Below are positions 19,841-32,348 of a DNA stretch of 64,000 bases, piece after piece (the first letter of the stretch is position 1; each line of letters starts with the position of its first letter). The DNA is taken from positions 52,784-116,783 of the forward strand of contig CAZXDT010000001.1 of assembly GCA_964639295.1 (NCBI GenBank), written 5' to 3'. Both the position numbers and the translations under genes were made by a program. The stretch is from an uncultured Candidatus Saccharibacteria bacterium. GTDB lineage: Bacteria; Patescibacteriota; Saccharimonadia; Saccharimonadales; JALRHH01. Under the pieces are notes generated by a model. The model worked only from the letters and a program-made list of their open reading frames with translations, was not told the DNA's origin and searched no databases.

Positions 19841-20021
19841 GTTAATTCGCTCGCGTCTACGGCTATACAACCGACCAGGTTTTGTACTGCTTCTATACTC
19901 GTTTGCTCAATCATGCCATTAATATCAAGAAGGGTCTCAAATGTTGCAAGTTCGGGAGCGGGAGCTTGTTCTACCCTCATAGGGTAAGCCTCAAATACAA
20001 GTGTCTGAGTTTTAGCTACCA

Positions 20022-20022
<1 letters not shown>
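19837..20022 (-). CDS. Orphan 61-aa protein inside atp operon
   Basis: TAATG overlap with atpD stop and ATGA overlap with atpC start. Confidence 0.55.
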
Positions 20023-21720
<1,698 letters not shown>

Positions 21721-21721
<1 letters not shown>

Positions 21722-22587
21722 TACTTCATTGCCTCCACACCGCCCGAGATTTCGGCGAGTTCCTGGGTAATCGCCGCTTGACGGACTTTGTTCATTTCTA
21801 GCGTTAGGTCATCAATTAAGTCACCAGCGTTGTCCGTAGCGTTCTTCATAGCAATCATACGCATACTGTGTTCGGATGCTACAGAATCAAGGTAAGCTTG
21901 GAATAATTGCACTTCGATCAGGCGGTGAGTTGTAGCTTCTAGCACTTCCTCTGGAGATGGTTCAAATGATGCCTGCGATACAGCTTCACTTACAGCAGTT
22001 TCTTGGAAACCAGCAGGCAAGAGCTGCTTAGTGGCTGCAACCTGTGTCAAACTGTTCTGGTATTCTGTATAAATAACTTCTACGGCGTCAACTTCGCCTT
22101 CAACAAACTGATCAATCAGTGTAGTGATAATTGGACGAAGGTCATTTTGTGTCGGACGTTCTGGAAAACCTTCGTAAACACCAAGGACATCGGCACCTTT
22201 GATACGACTGACAAATTGGCTGGCTTTGCGGCCTACACAGATAGTCTTAGTCTTAATACCTTTGGCAGTATCAATCTTGAGCCGTCCTGTGTAGCGCTTC
22301 AAGGCGTTTGCGTTATATGCGCCCGCTAGACCTTTATCACTTGTAATAAGTATGACCAAGCGCGCCTTGGTTGGACGTTCTATGTACAAATGGTGCATCT
22401 TTGTATCTGGCAGGGAACGAAGGTGTGTCAATAGTTCGCGAGCAGCGTCACTAAAGAGCTGTACTTGGTTAGCAACTTCTTGTGCGCGGCGCATTTTACT
22501 AGCCGCGACTAATTGCATTGCCTTGGTAATCTGGCGAGTACCCTTAACAGACTTTACGCGTGATTTAAGTTGCCTAGTAGATGCCAT
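21721..22587 (-). CDS. atpG: ATP synthase gamma subunit
   Basis: ITKAMQLVAASK, RQAAITQEL. Confidence 0.97.
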
Positions 22588-22594
22588 GAGTTAC

Positions 22595-24118
22595 TTAGAA
22601 ACCCTTTGCTACCTTGGTTGCGGTCTTTTTGACGAGTTCTAAGGTTTTGTCAGATGGCTTATCGCCCTTGTTGAGTTCTGCCATTTCCTTTTTAGCTACG
22701 TCAGCAAGTTCAGTCAAAAGTGCAGATTGTGCGTCTTTGATCTTTTCTACAGGAACAGTGTCCAGAATGCCTTCGTTAGCAGCAATCAGGCTAACTGTCT
22801 GTTCCCAAACACTGAGTGGCTGGTATTGGTGCTGCTTAAGCAGTTCAGTTAAGCGCTGGCCACGAGCAATCGTGTTCTTAGTTTCTTCATCAAGATCAGA
22901 GCCAAACTGTGCAAAGGCTGCAAGTTCGCGGAACTGAGCCAGGTTAAGACGAAGCGTACCTGATACACCCTTAACGGCTTTAGTCTGCGCAGAACCACCA
23001 ACACGTGACACAGACAAACCAACAGAGATAGCCGGACGGATACCCTGATAGAACAAGTCGGTTTCAAGGAAGATCTGACCATCGGTAATAGAGATTACGT
23101 TAGTTGGGATGTATGCAGAGATGTCTCCAGCCTGGGTCTCAATGATAGGCAAGGCAGTCAATGAACCAGCACCAAGATCATCAGAAAGTTTTGCAGCACG
23201 CTCAAGTAAGCGTGAGTGCAAGTAGAAAACGTCACCAGGGTAGGCTTCGCGGCCCGGTGGACGGCGGAGTAGTAGTGACATCTGGCGGTAAGCAGCAGCG
23301 TGCTTACTGAGGTCGTCATGGATAATCAGTGCGTGACCCTTGTTGTCACGGAAGTACTCACCCATAGCTGTTCCAGTGTATGGGGCAAGGTAGAGGAGTG
23401 ATGCTGGATCAGATGGACTCGTAGCAATTACGATCGTCTGTTCCATAACGCCTTCTTCTTTGAGGCGCTCAACAAGTCGGGCAACCTTAGAAGATTTCTG
23501 ACCAATAGCCACGTAGACGTTGATAACACCAGTCTTCTGTTTAGCCTGGTTGATCATAGTGTCGATGGTAATAGCAGTTTTACCAGTCTGGCGGTCACCA
23601 ATGATAAGTTCACGCTGACCACGGCCGATTGGCACCATAGTGTCAATTGCCATCAAACCAGTCATGAGTGGCTCATGGACTGACTTACGGTCTTTTACAC
23701 CTGGAGCTGGACGTTCAACGAGACCATTTTGCTTAGCATTGATTGGACCCTGGCCATCGAGCGGGCGGCCGAGTGGGTCAACAACACGACCAAGTAGTTC
23801 TGGACCAACAGGCACTTCCAGAACTTTACCAGTCAATGTTACTTTAGCGCCGGCACCTACAAGGCTGTCTTCGCCAAGTAGTACTGCACCAATTTCATCT
23901 TCCATAAGGTTAAGTGCAAAGGCCTCGACAGCAGAGCCGTCAGTTCCTTCAATTGTTACAACCTGGTTGAACCCACAGTCTTCTAGACCGTAAATCCACG
24001 CCACGCCGTCACCAACACGAGTAACGATGCCGCTACTCTGCAGACTGCCGCTCACACGAAGATCAGCGATAGCTGACTGGAGGTCACGGGACAGTTCTTT
24101 TACATTCAATTCAGCCAC
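22595..24118 (-). CDS. atpA: ATP synthase alpha subunit
   Basis: [28 protein letters not shown]. Confidence 0.98.
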   Translation of the reverse strand: MAELNVKELSRDLQSAIADLRVSGSLQSSGIVTRVGDGVAWIYGLEDCGFNQVVTIEGTDGSAVEAFALNLMEDEIGAVLLGEDSLVGAGAKVTLTGKVLEVPVGPELLGRVVDPLGRPLDGQGPINAKQNGLVERPAPGVKDRKSVHEPLMTGLMAIDTMVPIGRGQRELIIGDRQTGKTAITIDTMINQAKQKTGVINVYVAIGQKSSKVARLVERLKEEGVMEQTIVIATSPSDPASLLYLAPYTGTAMGEYFRDNKGHALIIHDDLSKHAAAYRQMSLLLRRPPGREAYPGDVFYLHSRLLERAAKLSDDLGAGSLTALPIIETQAGDISAYIPTNVISITDGQIFLETDLFYQGIRPAISVGLSVSRVGGSAQTKAVKGVSGTLRLNLAQFRELAAFAQFGSDLDEETKNTIARGQRLTELLKQHQYQPLSVWEQTVSLIAANEGILDTVPVEKIKDAQSALLTELADVAKKEMAELNKGDKPSDKTLELVKKTATKVAKGF

Positions 24119-24122
24119 TAAA

Positions 24123-24509
24123 TTAACTCCTTAATGCATTCAATTGCTTACGAACAGTCGTATCAAGTTCGGCACTTGGGGTGCGGATAATAACTCCGCC
24201 GAGCAGGCTAGGGTCAACGCTCGTACTGACCTCAACCTGTTTTGCCCCTTCAGCTTCTGTAACAAACTGTTCAATGTTTTTAATAAGTCCTGCGGACAGT
24301 TCACGTGCACTCATAACCTTAGTTAGCACCACACCGTGCTCGCGTGCTAGAACCGCTTCGATATCACGAACAAGCAACGCAACCTGGTTGGTTTGCTTAC
24401 GGTCAATCAAATAACCAGCCACTTGCTTGAGCAGGGACTTTGCGTCCGTGCCTTTGGCGAGTTCTTTGGCAACATATGTTGCGAGTTTACGACGGGTGAG
24501 TGTCTGCAT
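24123..24509 (-). CDS. atpH: ATP synthase delta subunit (short)
   Basis: [17 protein letters not shown]; position between atpF and atpA. Confidence 0.85.
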   Translation of the reverse strand: MQTLTRRKLATYVAKELAKGTDAKSLLKQVAGYLIDRKQTNQVALLVRDIEAVLAREHGVVLTKVMSARELSAGLIKNIEQFVTEAEGAKQVEVSTSVDPSLLGGVIIRTPSAELDTTVRKQLNALRS

Positions 24510-24510
24510 G

Positions 24511-25083
24511 TTATTTCGCGCCCTTCAGTGCTTGCTCAATAAGCTTTTCGTCAGCTGCACCGGTGAGCTTCTGCCCAATGATTTTCTCGGTTGCTTCTGC
24601 CACAAGTGTCTTTGTTTCCTTCTGGAGTGTTGCACGTGCCTTTAAGATTTCACCGTCAAGTTGTGCCTTAGCCTCAGACACGATGTGCTCGGCTTTCTTA
24701 GTGGCTTTGTTTTCGGCTTCTTCTACCATGGCAACGGCTTCTTTGTGAGCTATAGCCACAATATCCGCTGATTCCGCACGGGCTTCCTTGAGAAGCTTGT
24801 CGATTTGCTCTTGAGCCTCTGTGGACTTGTTTTCTGCTTCCTTGGCAGCCTCAAGACTACGCTCAATGGTTGCTTGTCGCTCATCAATAGCCTTGATAAG
24901 TACAGGGAAAACCCACTTAGCAAGAGCTATAACTAATAGTCCAAATGCAATTGTCTGGAAAATCAGCTGCTTAACATCAATACCCAAGGTATCAAACGCA
25001 GATACTTTTTCGGCAGTCTTTGCAGCTGCTTCGTGAGAAGCCTCTGAAAATCTGGTTAGTGTTACTAATTGAGGAATCCCCAT
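24511..25083 (-). CDS. atpF: ATP synthase b subunit
   Basis: N-terminal TM followed by IDERQ coiled coil. Confidence 0.92.
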   Translation of the reverse strand: MGIPQLVTLTRFSEASHEAAAKTAEKVSAFDTLGIDVKQLIFQTIAFGLLVIALAKWVFPVLIKAIDERQATIERSLEAAKEAENKSTEAQEQIDKLLKEARAESADIVAIAHKEAVAMVEEAENKATKKAEHIVSEAKAQLDGEILKARATLQKETKTLVAEATEKIIGQKLTGAADEKLIEQALKGAK

Positions 25084-25085
25084 TA

Positions 25086-25283
25086 TTAACCCTTAGCCAA
25101 GAACCCAACGATGATACCAATAATAGCTAGTGAGTCAGCAAATACGATTGCTGTAATCATAAGTGTACGGATCTCGCTCAACTTTTCTGGGTTACGGCCC
25201 AAAGCACTCAAAGCACCATTACCGATCAAACCAATTCCAATTGCTGCACCAAGTGCTGGAAGGGCATATGCCATTGCATCCAT
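25086..25283 (-). CDS. atpE: ATP synthase c subunit
   Basis: GxxxGxG helix, RNPE loop, carboxylate in FADSLA. Confidence 0.93.
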   Translation of the reverse strand: MDAMAYALPALGAAIGIGLIGNGALSALGRNPEKLSEIRTLMITAIVFADSLAIIGIIVGFLAKG

Positions 25284-25330
25284 TTTATAAACCTTTCTTT
25301 ACTTATTATTCTCTGTTACACGGTACCATT

Positions 25331-26158
25331 TCATTGCAACTCCTGGGCAACTTTAGTCTCAGGGGAAGAATGGTCGTGGTCGTGGTCACCGCCGTGCGAC
25401 ATAACCGCCAGCGATGTAAAAATTAAGGTAAGCATATAGAAAACATATGCCTGGATAAATCCAATAAACAACTCAAATGCCATAAAGAACGGCAGACTCA
25501 GACTGGCTAAGTAGCCACTCATAACAGCGACGATCAAAAGAAGTACTTCACCGGCAAAGGCATTACCGAACAATCGGAAACTCAGCGCCACAAGTCGTGA
25601 GAACTCACCAATGATTTCTAGGAAACCTTCAAAGGCACCAAGTGGATCCTTGAGGGGGTTCTTGATATAACGGCCGATGTTGCCAAAAAATCCATGGACC
25701 TTAATAGCGTAGAACTGAGCGGCCACCATACTAATTATTGCCAGCGCCAAGGTAAAGTTCAGGTCAGTAGGCAGGCCACGTAGCAGGGCGCCTTCGCCCC
25801 ACTTAACACTCTCGCCGACACCCGGCAGAATACTAATCCAGTAGGTAAAAAGCACCGTGAAGAAAATACCGAGCGCAAGCGGCGCAATGCTTCGTGCGAC
25901 CCGCGGGTCGGGCACAATTTCATAACAAGTCTTGTAGAAGCCCTCGAACATCCACTGAATAAGTCCAACAAAACGATTGTACTTGTTAGCACGGATCATA
26001 CGGATTACATACCAGAACACCACGAGCATGACAGATATACCAAGACCACCAAGAAGCATGGTATTTGTAACCGGCATAGGGCCAATGTTAAAAATATGCT
26101 GCGTTGGCAAACTAACGTGTAGGTCTTCTACGGCTAATTGTTGTAGAGCTGGTTGCAT
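25331..26158 (-). CDS. atpB: ATP synthase a subunit
   Basis: LSFRLFGN, IQAYVF. Confidence 0.95.
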   Translation of the reverse strand: MQPALQQLAVEDLHVSLPTQHIFNIGPMPVTNTMLLGGLGISVMLVVFWYVIRMIRANKYNRFVGLIQWMFEGFYKTCYEIVPDPRVARSIAPLALGIFFTVLFTYWISILPGVGESVKWGEGALLRGLPTDLNFTLALAIISMVAAQFYAIKVHGFFGNIGRYIKNPLKDPLGAFEGFLEIIGEFSRLVALSFRLFGNAFAGEVLLLIVAVMSGYLASLSLPFFMAFELFIGFIQAYVFYMLTLIFTSLAVMSHGGDHDHDHSSPETKVAQELQ

Positions 26159-26173
26159 GAAGCGGTTGTACCC

Positions 26174-26422
26174 TTAGGAATTTCTTTTTAATTGTGATCT
26201 TATGAGTGCCCAGGCGATAAGCGCACCAATTGACGCACCCACTAGCATCAGTAATGGTTTAGTGCCCGTATGAGCATCCATGTATCTGCCAGCGAGTAGC
26301 AGGCCAACTATCGGTACAAACATCCGCCAGGTTGTGTCCGCCATATCGCGTAGCAATACGGCAATGGTGTTTTTACCATGACCTAACTGGGGTACAGGAT
26401 CCGATTCTGGAGGCTGCCTCAT
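26174..26422 (-). CDS. AtpZ/AtpI-like small membrane protein
   Basis: Two TMs with G..MD...GT.P; first gene of the atp operon. Confidence 0.7.
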   Translation of the reverse strand: MRQPPESDPVPQLGHGKNTIAVLLRDMADTTWRMFVPIVGLLLAGRYMDAHTGTKPLLMLVGASIGALIAWALIRSQLKRNS

Positions 26423-26467
26423 TACTAGGCCAATTGTAGCAGTTTGCACCCTTGGTGTAAACAATCT

Positions 26468-27142
26468 CTAGTGTTCTTCTGAAGGTATACCAACGGCTTG
26501 TTTAAGCTTTTTCCAGAATGTTAGTTCGTGACCGCCGCTACAGGCCGCAGGGTCTTTAGTGACGTTAGCTTTGTGAGCGTCGCGAGGAATGGCATTGTAG
26601 CGCTGTTTTAGAGTTGCGTCCGTATCTTTGCCATAGTTAATCAACAAGACGTCTTCACTCTGTATGACCTTATTGGCAATATTCGTAACAGGCTCGCCAT
26701 TAAGTGTAAATGTCAGTTTATTACCATCAGCACCATCGACATACACGCCTTTAGCCGTCTGTATTAGTGTGTCACCAAGTGCATAGTCCAAATTATCAAA
26801 GAAAGCTCCCCACGTTACCGCATGTGCATGTACATGAATCAGGTGACTGTTATTGTCGTGCATGTGGGTGCGGACCTTGGGATTATCGAGCTGGTGGCTA
26901 TCACAGCTAGCAACTTCTTCATAGTAAGCAAAGCTCTTAAAAGGGTCTTCTTGACCGTTAACATACAGTGAAAAATTAGCATGATAGTGAACGGTTGTAT
27001 CTTTGATCAAAGCAAAGCGTACTGCAGTCGTAACCGCAAATGATACTAAAATGCCAACAACAAAAATTAGTAGATGTCTGTGGAACTTAGATAGTTTTTT
27101 TGATGATTTCTTGGGTTTGTCCTCGTTTGTAATATCGCTCAT
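26468..27142 (-). CDS. Membrane-anchored protein with His motifs
   Basis: HYHANF, HMHD, HVH; N-terminal TM. Confidence 0.65.
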   Translation of the reverse strand: MSDITNEDKPKKSSKKLSKFHRHLLIFVVGILVSFAVTTAVRFALIKDTTVHYHANFSLYVNGQEDPFKSFAYYEEVASCDSHQLDNPKVRTHMHDNNSHLIHVHAHAVTWGAFFDNLDYALGDTLIQTAKGVYVDGADGNKLTFTLNGEPVTNIANKVIQSEDVLLINYGKDTDATLKQRYNAIPRDAHKANVTKDPAACSGGHELTFWKKLKQAVGIPSEEH

Positions 27143-27184
27143 AAGACCATTGTACCAGCAATAAACCAATGCTATACTTTGTAT

Positions 27185-27418
27185 ATGATCATTGTATATT
27201 CAGCAGACTGGTGTGCATTCTGCCACGCAGCAAAAAACTACTTCGACAAACTTGGTGTTACATACGAGGACCGCAACGTAGAACACGACCGCAAGTTCAT
27301 GGAAGAATCTGTGAAGAAATCTGGTCAGATGGGCATCCCCGTTATCGATATCGACGGCGAAATCATCATTGGATTCGACAAGCCACGCATTGACGCTGCA
27401 CTTGCAAAAGCTAAATAA
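27185..27418 (+). CDS. Glutaredoxin/NrdH-like redoxin
   Basis: CAFC, GIPVI, IIGFD. Confidence 0.9.
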   Translation: MIIVYSADWCAFCHAAKNYFDKLGVTYEDRNVEHDRKFMEESVKKSGQMGIPVIDIDGEIIIGFDKPRIDAALAKAK

Positions 27419-27452
27419 TCCTCTTAACCCCGTTACTCATCTGTTATAATTA

Positions 27453-28046
27453 GTGCAGGTAAACGAGGATCGTATCGTGGCCAAACAAGACGAGGAATAC
27501 ACATCACAACCTCTATTTGATGAGATTGATCCATGGAGCCGGAACCTCAAGACCGACTTCTACACATTCTTATCAAATAACCCTCCTGCGGGGGGTAGTG
27601 GCGAGTATGGGCCAAGTGCCTTGTTCGATGGATTCTACGACCGCGGCTTACACGAACGTCCAATTCTTCACTTTGTCATTGGTAGACTAGGTCAACACAG
27701 TCTTGATCTTGTAGAGCGAGACGCATCGCTCGCTGCAAACAAGCAAGTTACAGCAATTGAGATTCCTGAATTGATTATCAAATCCCTCAAACGCGTCCGA
27801 CCCGCTGGGGAATGGACAACTGACGAGAAACAGAGAAACCTTCGCAAATCCTTACTTGCTGACGGGCTACTTGGTCACACTAACTATCCGATTGTTGCAG
27901 GAGCATTTCAATTAAGTGAAGTACTCGCATTAGACGGACATGAAGATTACGCACTTGATACCATCGCCGCAACCGCTAAGTGGCTGCAGCGCGTAGATGA
28001 CATCAAAGCAAGAACCCCTATCAATACTGGAGACCCAGCTGCCTAA
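27453..28046 (+). CDS. Hypothetical protein
   Basis: 197-aa ORF with TATAAT just upstream. Confidence 0.55.
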   Translation: MQVNEDRIVAKQDEEYTSQPLFDEIDPWSRNLKTDFYTFLSNNPPAGGSGEYGPSALFDGFYDRGLHERPILHFVIGRLGQHSLDLVERDASLAANKQVTAIEIPELIIKSLKRVRPAGEWTTDEKQRNLRKSLLADGLLGHTNYPIVAGAFQLSEVLALDGHEDYALDTIAATAKWLQRVDDIKARTPINTGDPAA

Positions 28047-28066
28047 CTGCGGTACAATAAGGCCAT

Positions 28067-28636
28067 ATGGCGTTTGAAGATTACAAGACTAAAGAATCGA
28101 TTGTTATCGTCTATACCGGCGATAGTAAAGGCAAGACCAGCGCCAGCATTGGTCTGATGGCTCGTGCCTTGGGCAACCGCTGGAAGGTAGCCTACATTCA
28201 ATTTATTAAGTATTGGGGAGTGGGTGAACACGTCTTTATCCGTGACATCATGTCGGTTTACGATGACCAATTGTTCTTTTTTAAGGGTGGTAAGGGCTTC
28301 TACAACGCAGGTGACCTAAGCGAACAACATGTTACGGAGGAGCAACACAAAGCTGCCGCGCTTGAAACGTACCAAACTGCTCTGGAATGCGCCACAAGTG
28401 GTAATTACGAACTCGTGATTTGTGATGAGATAAATAACGCTGTTCACGACGGCTTAATAACCGAGGATCAACTACAAACCCTCCTAGACACACGTAGTCC
28501 TAAAACAAGCCTGTGTTTTACTGGCCGTAACTTCCCAAAGAAGTTCCTGGATAGAGTAGACATCGCCACTGATATGACTAAGATAAAACACCACTTCGAT
28601 GACAAATTCTTAGCCAACAAAGGGATAGATTTCTAA
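28067..28636 (+). CDS. Cob(I)alamin adenosyltransferase (CobA/BtuR family)
   Basis: YTGDSKGKT, QFIK, DEIN, TGR. Confidence 0.88.
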   Translation: MAFEDYKTKESIVIVYTGDSKGKTSASIGLMARALGNRWKVAYIQFIKYWGVGEHVFIRDIMSVYDDQLFFFKGGKGFYNAGDLSEQHVTEEQHKAAALETYQTALECATSGNYELVICDEINNAVHDGLITEDQLQTLLDTRSPKTSLCFTGRNFPKKFLDRVDIATDMTKIKHHFDDKFLANKGIDF

Positions 28637-29144
28637 TGAACTACGGGGGCGAGCAGATCCCTCAGCCTCATCTCGTTCCGTTTGAGTTCCAGCGTGCTAA
28701 ATGGCTACAAACTATTTACAACGTTCCGCCAGAACAAGCAGTCCCCCAATTTGAAAAGAAGATTACGACCAGCTGTTCGCTTTTATGGAGGCTACTGAGC
28801 AAATGGAACAAAGGCTTGACATGCTACCCACCCAAAAGCCTTTGTTTTTAAGTGACCAATGGGAGCAACAACAAGAAAGTATCAAAAGATCCATACTAGA
28901 CAGCAAGGCAGAACTCCACGATATTATTCTTAAGATTCAAGGAATACCAGTTCAAATAAGCTTCGAAGATGGGCAACTTGCCAAAGGTAGAGTTGTCATG
29001 CGCAAGGAAGGCCTCGAGAGCGATCAGTGGGAATTACTTTTTAAGTCTACTCCCGACGATGACGGCAGAGAAATACGCCAGACTACGAGACAACTCCGCG
29101 ATAGCTTTCTTGCAAGCGCACTCGACCAACCTACTTCCGAGTAA
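28636..29144 (+). pseudogene. Hypothetical gene split by a probable -1 frameshift (28636..28851 and 28785..29144)
   Basis: Two overlapping ORFs joinable at TTT GAA AAG (28750-28758). Confidence 0.45.
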
Positions 29145-29937
29145 ACAACCTAATCCGAAGTTCATGTAGCCATTTAAACGGATACAGAAGGGGTGTCAAA
29201 ATATAGAGTAATGCCGCGCCAAACCAACCGGTAACCCACATGGGATTGTGGTGGACTCGATACGTTTGAGGCCACAACATCAATACGCCCCATAGCTTAT
29301 CGTGATCCTGGAATACGCGGCGCAACATAGTAGTCACATGTATGGACGGGTCATATCTGATCTTGTAGCCCAACTGATGAACGTGAATGGCTAGGTCGAC
29401 ATCCTCGTGGATATCAGTACGGGTACACACTTTGTTCTGTACTGCTTCCCACATCTCTTTCGGGAAAGCCATGTTCGAGCCATATAAAAAGTGATGCCCA
29501 AGAGCCAGGCGATTTATCCTAAATGCCAAGAAGTCGAACGCCACGCGTGACACCTTAGGAAATGGCGTATTATAGTAGCCCCCGCTCCCGGTTAGGGCAG
29601 TTGACATGCGCTTCTTGTCTGTATAAAAATTAGTCATTAATTCCACCCAGTTTGGAGGGATAATTGTATCTGCATCGATACGTCCAAATAGTGGACCTTT
29701 TGCGCTTTCAAAGCCTTTGGTGCGGGCATAGACAATCCCTTGTTTTTTCTCTGAAACAACACGGACAAATGGATAGGACTGTGCGAGTTTTTTGGTGCCG
29801 TCGGTAGAGTTGTTATCGACGACTATCACTTCAAGTGGCATGATGGTTTGAAGAGCGACAGAATCAAGGCAAGCTGCAAGGTGTTTTTCTTCGTTGTAAG
29901 CTGGTATAATCAGCGATAAAGCTAATGGTTTATTCAT
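29131..29937 (-). CDS. GT2 glycosyltransferase
   Basis: IIPAYNEE, VVDNNSTD, DAD, ED. Confidence 0.92.
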   Translation of the reverse strand: MNKPLALSLIIPAYNEEKHLAACLDSVALQTIMPLEVIVVDNNSTDGTKKLAQSYPFVRVVSEKKQGIVYARTKGFESAKGPLFGRIDADTIIPPNWVELMTNFYTDKKRMSTALTGSGGYYNTPFPKVSRVAFDFLAFRINRLALGHHFLYGSNMAFPKEMWEAVQNKVCTRTDIHEDVDLAIHVHQLGYKIRYDPSIHVTTMLRRVFQDHDKLWGVLMLWPQTYRVHHNPMWVTGWFGAALLYILTPLLYPFKWLHELRIRLFTRK

Positions 29938-29964
29938 GAACTCTTTAAGATTAGCACAATAACC

Positions 29965-31104
29965 ATGCCTAAAACGAAACGCACCGTAACCCATTCACAC
30001 AAGACAACACTTTCAAAAATTTGGGGTGGGATTTTTTCATGGTTCAAAAAACTATGGAAGCGTAACCTTTGGAACAAGTTTCTAATCAGCCTTTCTGTCT
30101 TCCTCATTCTTATGGTTGGTGGCATGTATAGCATTGCGCAGTGGTACATATATAGCCATCGCAACGACCCAATGCAACTAGGTGTCACATTTATACCAAG
30201 CTACGCCAAATACCTCGGTGTTGATCCTAAGCAAACGTTTGAGGCTATTTTGACAGACCTACAGCCTACACAGGTCCGACTGGTTAGTTATTGGGACGAT
30301 ATTGAAAAGAAGCCTGGTGTATACGACTTTACAAACATTGACTGGCAGTTCCAAATGGCCCAGCAGCACAACACAAAGATAAGCCTGGCCATAGGACTCC
30401 GGCAGCCACGCTGGCCCGAATGTCACATGCCTAAATGGCAACTCGACCAACCTAAAGACGTTTGGTATCCAGAACTTAAGAAAGTCATGTCAGCCACAAT
30501 TGAACACTACAAAGACAATCCCCAGCTGCAGAGCTATCAGCTAGAAAATGAGTTCTTCCTGAGTGTATTTGGCGAATGCCCTGACTTTAGCCGTGACCGA
30601 TTGATCGACGAATATAACATGGTCAAACAACTAGATCCGCAACATCCTGTTATCGTCAGTCGTAGTAACAATGCTATTGGATTCCCGATAAACGAACCAA
30701 CACCTGATGAGTTTGGTGTATCTGTCTACAAGCGCGTTTGGGACAAGACTGTCACTAAGCGGTATGTCGAATACCCATTCCCAGCCTGGTTCTACGGCTT
30801 CCTAGCGGGTGGTGGCAAAATGATTACTGGTAAAGACATGATCGTTCATGAACTACAGGCAGAAGCCTGGGCACCAGACAATTACGATATAAAAACAGCC
30901 CCAACAAGTGAGCTGTATAAATCTATGAACCCAGAACGACTACACAACAGGTTTGAGTATGCAGAGGCCACTGGGATGAAACACATTGATCTCTGGGGCG
31001 TTGAATGGTGGTACTCGATGAAAATCGTTAGAGGCGACTCAGGACTTTGGAATGCTGCCCAACAAGAGTTCGAACAAGCCCGCCAAGACAACCTATCTCT
31101 ATAG
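29965..31104 (+). CDS. Membrane-anchored clan GH-A glycoside hydrolase
   Basis: ENE acid/base and ELQAE nucleophile-like motifs; N-terminal TM. Confidence 0.75.
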   Translation: MPKTKRTVTHSHKTTLSKIWGGIFSWFKKLWKRNLWNKFLISLSVFLILMVGGMYSIAQWYIYSHRNDPMQLGVTFIPSYAKYLGVDPKQTFEAILTDLQPTQVRLVSYWDDIEKKPGVYDFTNIDWQFQMAQQHNTKISLAIGLRQPRWPECHMPKWQLDQPKDVWYPELKKVMSATIEHYKDNPQLQSYQLENEFFLSVFGECPDFSRDRLIDEYNMVKQLDPQHPVIVSRSNNAIGFPINEPTPDEFGVSVYKRVWDKTVTKRYVEYPFPAWFYGFLAGGGKMITGKDMIVHELQAEAWAPDNYDIKTAPTSELYKSMNPERLHNRFEYAEATGMKHIDLWGVEWWYSMKIVRGDSGLWNAAQQEFEQARQDNLSL

Positions 31105-31287
31105 GTTGAGACCTTGCTTGACTGCAAGTGTATTAGCAGCTGCGTTATCGCCCACTGTATGGCCGTTAGCACCATCGTTTGAATAGTTCACGAGAAGCAG
31201 GTTAGCATCATGTGCTGCAATGGAATCAAAGTCACTAAGTTGTGTCATCTGACTGCCTGCGACAGAACCAATCTCTTTAGAAGAATA
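31099..31287 (-). pseudogene. In-frame paralogous C-terminal fragment of the upstream hydrolase
   Basis: Translates G.V.GS.M...GHTVGDN...GL, matching the upstream C-terminus GHATGDN. Confidence 0.65.
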
Positions 31288-32286
31288 CTATATGGAACGA
31301 GTAAGACCATCTACGGCCATAAGTGCATGCAAGATAACATTATCACCAGTTGCATGACCCCTGTTTCCGGGACCATCGTAACCTATGGTCGTTACATGTT
31401 TACTGAGTAGATCAGCACTCTCGAAACTAGGGCTGAACATTGGGCTACCTTCTACAAAACCAAGTTTTACAGGCACATCCTGTAAGTCAACACCGGCCAC
31501 CAAACCATCTACATCACCAACCATTGATCTCTGTATAAGCTTACTGTCGGCACGGAGGCTCTGCATCCCAAAGCGCACAATATCGAGCAACAAACCAGGA
31601 GCTCTCATTGCCTCAGACAAAGCATCAATATCCGCATCCTTCACAGCACCAAACAACTGGGAGAGCCCGCCCGATTGGAAGTCTTTAGCTAGTCGCTTAA
31701 CCGAACGACCAAACTTGCTCGGGGCTTCGTCTGCGTTAATATTAGTAACATGTAACCTAGATGAGCCGACCGCACCCATAGCAAGCGCAGTTAGAGCACC
31801 TTGGGAGTACCCCGTAATTGAAAGCGCACCAAGTGAACGCTGCTTATCTAGCTCTTCAAAGGCGAGAAGTTCTATTTCACCGAGTGGGCGGATATTACCC
31901 ATAGCCAACCTCCTGCGGTCTTCGGTCGTAAAAGTATAGGCTGAATTCTTACTACTGTTATTTGGCATAACAATTAGCGGAACTTCGGGATCAAGGATAA
32001 GCTGTAGTGTCTTTGCACGAATATATTGGTGCGGTGATAAACCATTCAGAAAGGGCAAGCCTAGTGCAGTTGTTCTTGTAGTATCAAAATCAGCTGAATC
32101 GGGCAGAATTTGCATGAGCTGCACATCACGCATTTCATCAATTGGTACATATGTCGGTTCGGGCATTTCTGTAACCACATCACGCAAATCTTTACCTGCC
32201 CAGTGGTTATATGCACGTAGTACGCCTTCACGGTTTTCGTCCATAAGGGCTGTGAAATCTCTTGACTTGAAAAATGAATCACTCAT
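31288..32286 (-). CDS. Alpha/beta hydrolase-fold protein
   Basis: GYSQG elbow and C-terminal GH. Confidence 0.65.
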   Translation of the reverse strand: MSDSFFKSRDFTALMDENREGVLRAYNHWAGKDLRDVVTEMPEPTYVPIDEMRDVQLMQILPDSADFDTTRTTALGLPFLNGLSPHQYIRAKTLQLILDPEVPLIVMPNNSSKNSAYTFTTEDRRRLAMGNIRPLGEIELLAFEELDKQRSLGALSITGYSQGALTALAMGAVGSSRLHVTNINADEAPSKFGRSVKRLAKDFQSGGLSQLFGAVKDADIDALSEAMRAPGLLLDIVRFGMQSLRADSKLIQRSMVGDVDGLVAGVDLQDVPVKLGFVEGSPMFSPSFESADLLSKHVTTIGYDGPGNRGHATGDNVILHALMAVDGLTRSI

Positions 32287-32317
32287 ATCTTAATATTATA
32301 GCACACTTTACAATGTT

Positions 32318-32346
32318 TTGCAATATTCACCTCTGTTTAGTAGAAT
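32318..32346 (+). promoter_or_regulatory. Sigma70-type promoter for the smpB leader
   Basis: TTGCAA-17 bp-TAGAAT. Confidence 0.65.
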
Positions 32347-32348
32347 AG

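Noticed and set aside
32329-32340. ACCTCTGTTTAG as another cassette repeat
   Set aside because: Only a 12-nt match inside a promoter spacer, with no core or partner arm.
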